From Trichosphaerium sp. ATCC 40318 (Eukaryota; Protista; Tubulinea), in the NCBI GenBank assembly GCA_038496445.1, contig JALMLS010000420.1:496001-560000 (forward strand): a stretch of 64,000 bases of DNA. The letters run 5' to 3'. Within the stretch, counting starts at the first letter, position 1; each line of letters opens with the position of its first letter. The position numbers and the translations under genes were made by a program. Positions 1 through 11,758 of this stretch are shown here, piece by piece. Under the pieces are notes generated by a model. It was not told where the DNA came from and did not search any database. It saw only the letters and a program-made list of their open reading frames with translations.

Positions 1-79
1 GGTCTTTCTGTCCAAAGACTGTTTTTTTTTGAACGAGTCGCCTTTCTGACAAAAACTCCTCTAATAACCAACTAATATA

Positions 80-3000
80 GGTTGGCTACGCTACAATAAG
101 AATCTAAAGTGGTTTAAGCTTAAACGCTATAAGCTAGAGTGCTATGATGAGATGTTTAGCGAAATACCAAATGCCAACATAAGCCTTGAATTTAGATACT
201 TAAAAAGGATATCTGTACGCATATATTAATCATCACAAAGCGCCTGCAACATTATACAAAAAAAAAATAACCAACTGTTCAACAAAAAAAACAAAAAAAA
301 TATCCATATCCAAGGACTACGTTTATAGCGATGTGTATCTTTGTAGTATGCTAAAAAAGATTTTTAGAGTGCAAAAGAAAAATGGGGCTTTAAAATATGC
401 TCAAATGGAGGAGATGCTTCTCAAACTGCTTTACTTTATGCTGAAAATGAAGATGAACGTGATAAGTGGATAACCAAGATATGTGAAGTGTTATCTTTAT
501 TCCAAAAGCAAACAAAGAATGGAGGTAAGATTGTCAGATGAACAAACAAGAAGGAAAAAAAAAAAAAAGACGTTTATTTTGAGGAGCCTTCTGTGGCGTT
601 TTGTGGCTTTTTTTTAGGAACTCTTGGATTCGCTTTATGTTAATGATTGTTTAGGTAAGGTTGTTGATGTATTGGGATTCCCTAGTATAATGATATCGGC
701 TTGGGTTGGTACATGGAATGTTGGTAATGCTATACCTGGGGATCTAACAGAATGGATTCCACATGAAGAGCGTTATGATATTTACGCTATTGGAGCACAA
801 GAATGTGTTTATAAGGCACGAAATGGTCAACATAGCGTGCATAAAGACTGGGATACAAGGATAACAGTTCTCTTCGTACGTATCATTAAAGGCACCTCCA
901 ACACGCAAACAAGAAAACAAATCACATTTTTTTATTACTTTCTATTGAAAGAAAAAAAAAACAAGCCACGTGTTTTTTGTTTCGGCACGTGTTAGTAATT
1001 TTTATTCACGTGTTTTCCTACACTAAGACATAAAAGAGGAACTAGAAAAGCCTTGTGCAGAGCTCAAAAGGTTTTTCGTTTTTCTGCTTTTTTGGCGTCT
1101 TTGGGTGCTAGAAACCTTCTTTTTTTAGTAATTGTTGCTTATGCAAATTTAGGGTGAAGACTACGAGGTTATTGCTACTCATAGTTTAATGGAGATCCGA
1201 AACATTGTAATTATAAAAAAGGAACTTATTAAACATGTATCTCAAGTAGGCACGCATTCAGTGCCTACTGGCATTGGTAACGTAGTAGGAAACAAGGTAA
1301 GTTATTTTTAGTCACCGCAACACGTGCGCCAATGTGTACTAAGCACAAACTTCAACAGTTGTACTTTACTATCCATCTGCATGCCGAAGAAGTTCTTGTG
1401 CACAAGAAATTCTTTTCACCTTTTTTCTTTCTTCATTCTTATTGTATCTTTAAAGGGCGGTGTTGGTATTTCTTTTATGCTATATGACGCTTCTTTTTGT
1501 TTTATATCAGCTCATTTTGCTGCACACCAAGAAGAAGTTCAGTCACGTAATGAAAATTTTAAGGGTGAGTGGCTAGACTTATTGCTTTTTGGGCAAATAC
1601 TGATTGTTGATTTTTTTTTTGTAGATATCTTGTCTGGTTTAAATCTCAGCAATCCAAAAGGCATTGATGTCACAAATATGTTTCAATTTGTATTTTGGTA
1701 TGGCGACTTGAATTATCGAATAGAAGCAAGTCGCTCTGAAGTATTAAGAGAGCTTGAAGAAGGACATTATACAAACTTGTTATGTACGATATATTTTTAG
1801 TTTTCACAGAATTTGTTGTGAGTCTCCAAAGAGCGCTCTAAAATCCTTTCTTGCACTGATTTTGAATCATCTTCTATGCATTAACTTACGCTATTGAGCC
1901 TCCATCTTTATTTCTGTTCACTGGTGTGCTATGTATTGATGTTTGTTTTTTTTAGGTAGAGATCAACTAATGAGAGAAAAAGAAGAGAGTAAAGTGTTCG
2001 AAGGATTTAAAGAAGGGGATATATGCTTCCCACCAACGTATAAATATGTTTCAGATCTTATTGACGAAAATGGTTCACGTGTGTACACTGGAGAAAAGCT
2101 TCGTGGTACAAAAAAAACGAAATTTTACTTTGTCTTTTTCTTTGTCACTGTTTGACTTCTTGCGATCTTACTTTTTTGCTTAAGTACCTTCTTGGTGTGA
2201 TAGAATATTATGGAAGACGTTTCCAGTGTCTAAAATATCTTCTGGCTTTTATAAATGCTGTCAAAAAGTATTAACAAGGTACATCCCAATAACAAAAAAA
2301 ATACTATTGTTTGCTCTCGATACCAACGTTTTAACGCTCAATGACATAAAATTAACGCCTAACACATGAAATATTTCATGACAACCATCATATGAAGTTG
2401 GTAGGCTAAAACAAGCCAGTCATGAGGGATTATGTCAAAGTTTATTTTTTGTGTGATATTTTTCTGTCTTATTTTGTTTTTAGCGACCACGCACCTGTGA
2501 ATGCACTTTTTAATATTGGATGTCGTTTGCCACATTATTATAATTCCAGTGTTGTACCTACATCTGATAATGATCCACCACGTTGTTATATGCGTTTTTT
2601 CGAACTCAAAGCAACTGGCTTGTCAATGGTTGTAAAGGACAAAAAAATGAATCCATACATCAAGGCAAGCACTACGATTTTATATTTTTCTGTTTTTTCC
2701 AAGTTCCCGTAAAGCAATATAATGTAATCTCGCAAAAGAATTTGTTGTTGTTGTCTCACAAAAGAAGGAACAAAACAAAATCCAAAAAAAACAACAAAAA
2801 AGTGAATTCAACTTTTTCGTTTGGCATGCAAACCATAAACTTGGTTTTTGTTTTATCTAACAATTTTTAGTTTGTAGGATCGTTTATTAATGATGAGAAG
2901 AAGTGGAAGACCAAAATTTTGTATAAAGTACGCATAAATCAAACTATCAAATAATTGAAGAAATTTTACACCTACATACTTTATGCTAAATTTTATGGTA

Positions 3001-3417
3001 GACAACAGAGCCTCATTGGAACGAAGTAGCACCAATTCCATTGAGTATATCTAATAGATCATATATCAAATCACAACACGTTATTCTTGTTTTAATGAGT
3101 GAAGTAGAGATGGGAAACAACAAAGGATTAGGTAAATCACTTCCTTTTTTTTTTCCGTCAACAAAAACCACTTACTTCTATTACTCACTTTTCATTAGGT
3201 CAAGCTGTTTTACCTTTATCTGAGTGTTGTGGTTCAGCACCTCAGCCTTTTGAGGTTAAAATTTACCGACACGGTACGTCATATTAGGCATTTGAAAAGA
3301 GATACAACAATAAGACTCACGTGTATTGTAGGAAGGCGAGAAGGAACAGTTTTTGGGAAATGCCTCATCCAATGGGCTAACTTTTACACTGAAACCCCAA
3401 CTATCACTCTGTCATAA
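80..3417 (+). CDS. PH-domain inositol polyphosphate 5-phosphatase with C-terminal C2-like domain; multi-exon, probably 5'-partial
   Basis: Spliced motifs VGTWNVG, IYAIGAQEC, GNKGGVGISF, FCFISAHFAAH, FWYGDLNYRI, FPPTYKY, VPSWCDRILW and SDHAPV are diagnostic of the IPPc family. PH-like exons lie at 80-524 (GWLRY..KWFKL, YAENEDERDKWITKI). Confidence 0.92.
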
Positions 3418-4525
3418 AAACACGAACAACACTAACAAAGTCACCTCTCCCCCACGAAAAACGTTGCCAGAAGAACGACAGAACGTCATTTTTTTTGTTT
3501 GGAAAACGGAAAATTGAATTGAAAAACTTTTCTGCTTTTTTAAAACCCGTCGTGTATTGTCCAAAAGCCCTGGTTGCCTATTTATTGTATTAATAATAAT
3601 AAAACATATAAAATACCAAGCATTGTACGGGTTTTTGTCAAGATTTACGTTCGTTAAACTTAAATCGGTTTTATTGATACATTTTGTACAAAGGGTTACT
3701 CCAATACATTCCAAGCACGTCTGTTAGTTCTATTTCCAAAAGACTTTGCCTCCAATTATCCAATGAGCCGGTTTATTCCTAATTAGCTTGTATCGAGCGA
3801 ATAACGAGTTACATCCAGGACAAAGCATGTTACCCTTCGTGTGGTCGACTTTTATGGCTGTTATGAGCTGAAATACATATTTTACACTTTACATGCCTTT
3901 AATTTTATGTAAAAAGCACTTGACTAGTAATCCTTTCCCTCCTTTTAAGTATTCGTATAATAATGTCCTTATTGGATGTCATACTTTATAAAATAAGCTC
4001 TAAAAGTACCTGCAGGACATACAAAATATCTTAATGATGCGTGGTGGCATTTTAGACTACAATACCTCTTTGTGAGCGTGGCTTAGTGATGCTTAAGTTG
4101 TTCGAACTTTTGCGCTGTATACAAACCATCCCGTTATTGCTACAGTTTGACGTAACAAAGTATTGGGGTTGAGTGCATCTTGTGGTGTTGCACAAATGAG
4201 GGCTAGCAAGGAATTAAACATTCCACTTTTTTTCTTAAATAACAATTGATTATTTCACTATTGTCTTCTTCTCCTCTACAACATTTATATTTAAACATGT
4301 TCATATATAAATACACGACTGGGTTCAATAAAACATACAAACTTTTTTCTGGTAAATGTTTCTCCTATGGAGTAATGTACAACAAACGGTTTTATTTTTG
4401 TTTTTTTTCCAAGTTTTTTTTTTTCAGATGACTACATCAAATTTTTTTGCCTTATAAAAAGGTCCCCAACACCACACATAACACACACGTCAAATTCCCA
4501 AGTTATTTCTGTTGACGCTTGTCTT

Positions 4526-6088
4526 TTACATCATTACACAATCTTTCTTCTTTTTGCCTTTTTTGTCAGTGACTGTGGCCTTGATGGCCATTTCGAATAC
4601 CTAAACCGAATTTAAGGGCACCGCTCAAGGGTTGAAAACACGTGTAAAAAAAAATAGAAGTCGTAGTTGCGTTCAATGAACATCTTTTGAAAGTTAGTTA
4701 GTTTTACGGATATTTTCAAAAAAATCCACGAAATAGTTTCGCCGAATAGGTGATTCAGGTCTTCGAACCTTTTTGAGATTATAAGCTGTCAAAGCTGAGC
4801 ATTCGACATAGTTCCTTGCTCCTATTTTCTTCTGAACTTGAGCAGCCTTTGAATTGCGTAAGCAATTACGAGACGGAAAAAGCATAAACCGGTCGATGTT
4901 AAATGCTATTTTATGTACGTACCCTTGATGCTGGTACAGTTTCAGTTGTGCTTGGGTCATCCCGTAAATCAGACTATGAAATAATAAGCAAAAGGGGTAA
5001 ATTATAAACAATCTAACTTCGACACGACTGAAACAGTTTCGAAAACAAAACAGTTATCGTTGTTTCGACTTTTTTGGTATAAATAGGGGAATCACGTGCC
5101 TTTGTACCAACAAGTACAAGTGGTGCCCCGCGGCAGTTACTCTTTATTTCAGGTGCCCACTATTTTTATGATAAGCATACTTGCGTGAGAAGAAGTGTAT
5201 TATATCACGTGATAAGTATAAAAAAAAAAATGATCAAAAAAAGATATCTCGGCGTAGAAGCTTTGAAACGTGTACTGTTTTGGATACTCGGAGGGATGTA
5301 CCTTTTTTTGAACTGATTCAAGACTTGATTTTGAAGTTAACGAGAAACAGACGATAAAGCAATCAGTGCCTAAAGAGTAATGTGTTAACGAATAGTAAAA
5401 AAAAAACTGATAGCTTGGAGCTAAATAAACAAAAAAAAACAAAAAGGTCTATATTTTTTGGCATTGTGCCAACCAGAGACCCTACAAAAGCAAAGCGCTA
5501 GCGAATTTATATTCTGCTTTGTTTTTTTGGTTTTATTTTATTTTTGTAGATTTGTGTTTTGATCTTTTGCGGAGCGTACCAGGGTATGAAAGAGGTCTCA
5601 TTTCATCGTATTCGCTTGATCCTTTATTCAAAAAAAAAAAGGTTATAAATTTATGAAAGGAGTTTTTAGGTTAATAGTTACCTGCCTATAACACAGTATT
5701 AGTTAAAACATACAATAACACTTTAAAAATATCGTACTGTATCCCATAAAATCATTTTAACTGCATGACCTTCATAAACCGTATTGGCTGTATAGTTATC
5801 AAAGACTGCATGTCATATAGTTAGTTTTATTAATCCGAAGCTTGTTAGCAGTACCCGTTGGGACGTATTCTGTAGGGAAGCCATTCGTAGTATACGAAAT
5901 AAGCAAGCATCTAAATACTATAGTAAGTACTAGAACAGATCCGAGAGCATAGGGGCAATAGGAGACTCCTTCAACTCTGGAGAAAAAAAAAACCAAAAAA
6001 CCCGTCTCTCCTAAATCCTATGTGCGCACGTTTTTCCTACGGCTGTATCGCCTACTACCATAATTTTAAGTTCTGGAGCGTCAGCCAT
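4526..6088 (-). CDS. Rho-family small GTPase, atypical (G12T, Q61S), with CaaX end; 9 exons including a 4-nt microexon
   Basis: [43 protein letters not shown]...WDTAGSSEYDEMRPLSYPG...GTKSDLR...YVECSA...KKKKDCVMM*. Confidence 0.93.
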
Positions 6089-6374
6089 TATTGTTTTAAA
6101 GAGATGTTTACTAAGTGCTCCGTTGCGGAAACACACACTTAGAGAAATGTGATTTACGAAGCAAATAGGATAAATAAGCACAAATGAACTCTATATCGAA
6201 CTCCTTGACACCGTACATAGTCAAAAAGACTGAAAAAGGAACCAAACAATGAAGAAAACGCTTTTTTTATACTTTACAAATATTTGCGTGTTTTTTTGAA
6301 TACCGATGATAATCCTTGAAGGAAAGAAGGAGTTTCGTTGTAATAAGAAGGTTTTTTTTTGAAGAAAAAAAAAA

Positions 6375-8031
6375 TCACCACTCCATTTTGTTTTGGTAAT
6401 CCTGAACCAATGAGGCTCCTGGTTTTCTTGCTTCATATGGAATCTGTCCATAATATGATTCATCACGATGATGACGAGGACCTAAAGGTTGTTAGGAGTT
6501 AATTTAGGGTGCCACAAAAGAAACACAAGTTTGATTTAAAAATAGTTTAAAAAACCGTTATGAACTTATCACAATGTATGGTGACTACATCGGGGACACC
6601 TCCGGTTCGTTTTACGCAATTTCAGAAAAACATCTTTTACAAAAAAGACAAAGAACGTACCCATTGGATCATCTTGATCCCAAGCGACTTGGTTTTGTTC
6701 ATCATCTCTAATACCTTCACCTAAAAAAACGATAATGAGAAAACTGAAAAAAATCAAAACCGAAAAGAGAGATGACAAGTAAGTCCACTTACCGCGCATA
6801 TTTGGTACAACGGTTGATTCCCACATTGGAAACCATGGTATGCCAAACATTTGCCGTGCTGAGACACGCTCGTTATCATTTTTTCTAGTCAAAGCATGAA
6901 CCAACTCCTTAGGTCCGTGTTTTATTAGAACTGACTCAATCCAATCCAAAGAGACACCATCAGGACCTGCCATATCTGCAGGTGCAGGAGCAGTGGCATT
7001 AAGTACTGATTGACATAATTGTACTCTATCAGACACTGAAGCCTCAGACACGGTATCATTAGGCTTCATTTGGTAGTCAGGGTATAGAGCGCAGAATTGA
7101 GCAAACTCTCCAACACTAACGACCTCAGGAGATTCGCTTGTAGTAGCTGCCATCACTGTCATCTCGTTTACAGCAGCAGACTGTCCCTCTTCAGTACTTG
7201 GCCATGCTTCGCCTTTCTTGACCTTACTCCAGAGCTCTTTTAAAACAGCTTCTGGCATCTTTGTTGTTGGTCCTGTTACCATAGGAATACCAACAGCACT
7301 TAGAATTGCTGCCTCTCCTTGATCAAAGATTGTTTCCATTTCACGGAGCTCGTCCTCAGTGAAAGATTGACTGTTCTCGTACCAGAAACCTCTACAATGA
7401 AAAGAAAGGAATCAGTACAACATCATCTTCATGTAGAGGTAAAAATAAGCGCGTGTGAGCGAAAAAGGGATGGTTTAGGCCAAGAAGCTGCGCTCTACAA
7501 AAAAAATTGTAAAAAATCGCTTAGGACGGTACCTCAGCATCCTTTCAGCGTCGTCCATTTTACCAAGTTTTACACCTACAGCTTGGCGATACTGCCAGAT
7601 TGGATCAGCTGCCAAAAGATCTTCTTGGCTGACATAGTCCTTGTATATACCATTTTCAAACTGTCTGAACTCTTTTTCGAACTCTCTCATGTCTATGTAA
7701 CGAGTTGTTAGCGTTTTTTTTTAATTTAAATGCGTTTGACGCCAGTATACAGGCTGTGATGTGCAAATCATAGTTATAACAGTGAATAGAAACGCTTACC
7801 CATCTTCCATGGATCATGCTCTTCTATTTCCTTTGCGCTCTTTTGGCGATGCCATATAAACCCAGAGCCTTTTTTTCGCTTTTGAATGAGTACGCGCAAC
7901 ACTTTGGCTTGTGTTGCTAATAGAGCGTTACAATTAGCTTCGTTTTTATATATATTAATGTACCCTTACTCACTGTGCGCCTTGTGGCTGGACAATTTCT
8001 TCGCGCTAATGATTATTGTAAACAGCGGCAT
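6375..8031 (-). CDS. Hypothetical protein, multi-exon; basic N-terminus, possibly organelle-targeted
   Basis: A long exon at 6790-7391 splices in frame with exons at 7531-7692, 7800-7916, 6661-6720 and 6375-6481. No family recognised. The start codon is uncertain. Confidence 0.6.
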
Positions 8032-8192
8032 ATTGGCATTATAACTTACCTATCTTGCTCAATAACATACCCACCAACTCTAACGCGAAATAATCAGTAT
8101 AACCAGTCGCCTGAAATCCTTTGGCATTTTTTAACAGAGAACGACTTTGTCAACAGTAGCGCAACCAACACTGCGCTCATAGTATAGCAGGA

Positions 8193-10019
8193 ATGAAGGT
8201 GAACGCGGAGGTGTTATGCTTGTGCATTTCGGCCGTTTTCGTATTTTTTACGCTGCTGGCATCTATTTTTCTGGTAAGGGAGAGCATTCCGCACTACTTT
8301 GGTATATTAACGCTTTTAGATGTACAAGCACTTGTCTAACTACACCATGCCTCGACACCAGCGTTGCATAGTGCGTATCATTGCAATGGTACCACTTTAC
8401 GCCGTCTACTCTCTATTGTCGCTGATATTTTGGAAATATCAAATATACTTTGCTGTATTACGAGACGCGTACGTCCTACGTTCAACGCAACAAAACCACA
8501 TTGTCACATTTGTACCAACTGTATTTGGCAAAACAGCAACTGACAGCCGACATTATTGCGCAAAAACAGCCGTCTACGCCATAATTGCTTTGCCACAATC
8601 GTAAAACAGCTAACATTTGTTTAAAGGTATGAGGCGTACGCTTTGTATAATTTCTTTATTCTTTGCACTGAATATATGGGCGGCAAGAGCGAGACGGAGG
8701 TAAGAACAATAACGTCAAAAACGAAAAGGTTGACGCCTTTTTTTATTTCAGAAAGCTTTCTTGCAACATGATCCTTTACGCCTATTATGCCCGTTTTGTT
8801 GCTGCAATGTAAACCCTGGAAAGTAAGTCAACAAACGAAAGATCTTTTTTTTTGTAAAAGTCTAGTTCTTACTCCGTAAAGGGTTCTTTTCTTGCTTACA
8901 CGGCAGGGTATTTTACAATACGTTCTTGTAAGACCTGTTGTTGCTGTAGCTTCTGCTGTGTTGCTGATAATTGGTAAATATGGTGAAGGTGTTTGGAGTC
9001 CAAGTACGAATAGAAAAAAACTTTTCATGGGTTTTTTTTTTGAATTCTTTTCAAAAATAAGAAGTTCCTGCTGCTTATCTTACCCTTTCTTTAAGATAAA
9101 GGGTACCTTTGGATAACAATTATCAATAACCTTGGCGTGACAGTGGCGATTTACTTCTTGGTACGCCACAGCGCTTAAAACAAACAAAACCAACACGATC
9201 GCTGACTTTTTTATTTAAAGGTGCTGTTTTATCAGATCGTAAAAGAAGATCTACGCCCTTGGAAGCCTGTATTAAAATTTGGCGTAGTAAAGATGATTGT
9301 ATTTTTCTGCTATTGGTACGTATAGGCCGTCATTAAAGGTTGATAAGCAATGTCAGTTCAACTGATAGTTTTTTTTCCTAAAGGCAGGAAATTGTAATTA
9401 TGATATTGGTTCAGTTCCATAAACTCCCTCATTTACCTTGGGATACAAAAGACGACCAAGATAGATGGATACGGACACCTTCTGCTTTACAAGTACGTTT
9501 TTTATCACTTGCAATTTTGATTGTTTTCTTTTATCTTATTTGTTACTAGAACATGGCAATTTGCGTTGAAATGTTTGTTTTCTCGCTATTGTTTATTTAC
9601 GCATTTCCATATGGTATCTACAAAATTGGTGCACAGTCTCAAGCTCCATTGGTCCATGAAATTGAGCTAAATCGTATGTGACTTGTGGTTTTCAAGATTT
9701 TTTCTAATTGTTCAATGTAGGTGGTGTCAAAGGTGCTGTTGCAAATACTTTTAATCAAATGGATCTTGCAAAGGATACCTTTGATTCTTTTGTACCAAGA
9801 ATATCACTAAAAAAGAAAAAGACACGTGTAGTATCTGATGAAGAACAAGAGCCAATAGAAGATGACGTAAGAGATTTTTTTCGACAAAAAAAAAAGAAAA
9901 GAAACGAAATTTGTTTCTTCTTTGCATCTTTTAACTGACTTGTTCTATAGAATACTGTAGAACTAGATGATGTACTCGTTGGTGATGCAAAAGGATTAAA
10001 AAATGTTGGTAGGAGATGA
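8193..10019 (+). CDS. TMEM184: TMEM184 / organic solute transporter alpha family membrane protein
   Basis: HLSNYTMPRHQRCIVRIIAMVPLYAVYS, RDAYEAYALYNF, RQGILQYVLVRP, KFGVVKMIVFFCYWQG, QNMAICVEM. Confidence 0.9.
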
Positions 10020-10254
10020 GGTTTCAGACTGTTTTTTTTTGCACAACAAGTTTTAAATACAAAACCTTACACCCTTGTACACTACCACCCTTTTTTGCGA
10101 CGAAAGTTCGCGATATTTCCCTTTACCTCATTTGGAGGTAAACTAATGTAAAGATAAAAATAATAAAACCAACAAAAAAAGTCAAACTTCGTCTTGTTTT
10201 TTTCTTGTAATTTCTGTTTTCATTTTCAATTTATCTCACATTAAACCAACAACA

Positions 10255-11472
10255 ATGCGCTTTAAAGCTAGAATTTGCAATATCTCACTATTTACAAGTA
10301 ATTGAGCATATTTAAAATGTTTTTGTTAACGGTTTCGCAGAAATCATACAGACACTCGTTAAGATTGATCGTAGCTGTACAATTCATCTATCAGAGTCTA
10401 GATTACAGTTTATAATAGTAAAAGACATTACTACTGGCTATCAAGTTTGGTCTGGCATAAATGCTGTACGTTTAGATTAAAAACAATGTATTGACGCGTA
10501 TAGGCAACTTTATTCGATGATTACATAGTAGAAAGTTTAAACGGGAACGAAATATCATTTCAAATCGATCTAGACAATCTATTACGTGCATTGAAGTCTG
10601 GCGCGTACGCAAAAGATATTGCTTTACGCTTGGCGAAAAAAGGAAAACAAACATACCTCAGGTACCTAAAGCACATCACTTGTGGTCATACAACGCCTAA
10701 CCGCGCTTTCTTTTTCAAAAAAAATTTGTAAAACACCTAAACGCGCCAATTGTAGCAGAATTCCTTCAACGTATCCTAACCATAGCGTAGTTTTGCTGTG
10801 GAAGTCTCCGCAACATCTGCTGTATACCTAAGTCAAGATGTTCCCGTGCTTCTTTTATCACCTCGTCAACTACGAGCAATGCAAGAACCAAACCTTCCAG
10901 ACCCTTCTGTTTATATTCTACTACCTCCACTCAAACTTCTACGCACAGTCGTAGACAAGATGAAAAACCTATCAAAGTTTATTAGTATTAAGGCTAACAT
11001 GAATGGGGAGCTTACACTTAGTGTTGAGACTGAAGTAGTTAATGTCTCGACTTTTTATAGAAACTTGACTCATCCAGTTATCGGTACGTTACGAGTAGAA
11101 GGCATCTACACGAAAAAACTACATCTGATTGATGAACACTTTTTTTTCTTCGTTTTGAAGAGTTGTTTTTTTTTGACTTTTTTTGTGTTTTAGATGGTAA
11201 GACCAATGTTGTATCAAAAGATACCTCTGCTACGGCAAAACTTGATGTATCATATCTATCAAAGTTCTTGTTTAGCTTCCAAGTGTCACCAACAAATGTT
11301 ATATGTTGTACGTTAGACTTCGTGTCTTTTGAATTTTTATTTAACTGGATCTGGTTTTTTCTTATTTTTTTCTTCTTTAGGTTTGCTCAAAGATTCTGCA
11401 GTTGTTATGCACGTACTCAATGAAGACTTGTTTTTAACGTATTATATCCCTGTACAATCTGAGGCAATATGA
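10255..11472 (+). CDS. HUS1: Checkpoint clamp (9-1-1) subunit Hus1
   Basis: MRFKARI, QVWSGI, LFDDYIVESLNGNEI, NLLRALKS, QEPNLPDPSVYILLPPLKLLRTVVDKMKNLS, ANMNGEL, TYYIP. Confidence 0.9.
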
Positions 11473-11644
11473 TTATCTCGTGTACACCAAGAGAAACCTG
11501 TAAAAAGAAATAAAAAAAACCGTAACATTAAATTACAATGTGCAAATTATTTGTTTTTCACGAGATACCTTCTTAGGTATGAAACGCAACTATATGCGCT
11601 CAATTTGCCCGGTTCTTGCCGACGCTATTGCTGTATAATTGTAA

Positions 11645-11716
11645 GGGATAGTGGTGTAAAGGTTAGCATGCGGCATTTCCAATGCTGGGATCGCAGTTCG
11701 ATTCTGCGCTGTCTCA
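11645..11716 (+). tRNA. tRNA-Gly(TCC)
   Basis: Cloverleaf with acceptor GGGATAG/CTGTCTC, D-loop GG, anticodon arm CGGCA-TTTCCAA-TGCTG and T arm CGCAG-TTCGATT-CTGCG, followed by a T-run terminator. Confidence 0.9.
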
Positions 11717-11758
11717 ATATACATTTTTTTCTGTATCATACTGAAGTTTTATTTATTG

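Noticed and set aside
3720-4230. Possible snoRNA/U3-like or structured RNA in the long intergenic gap
   Set aside because: Only partial box-like words and short G-U helices of the kind expected by chance; no complete motif set.
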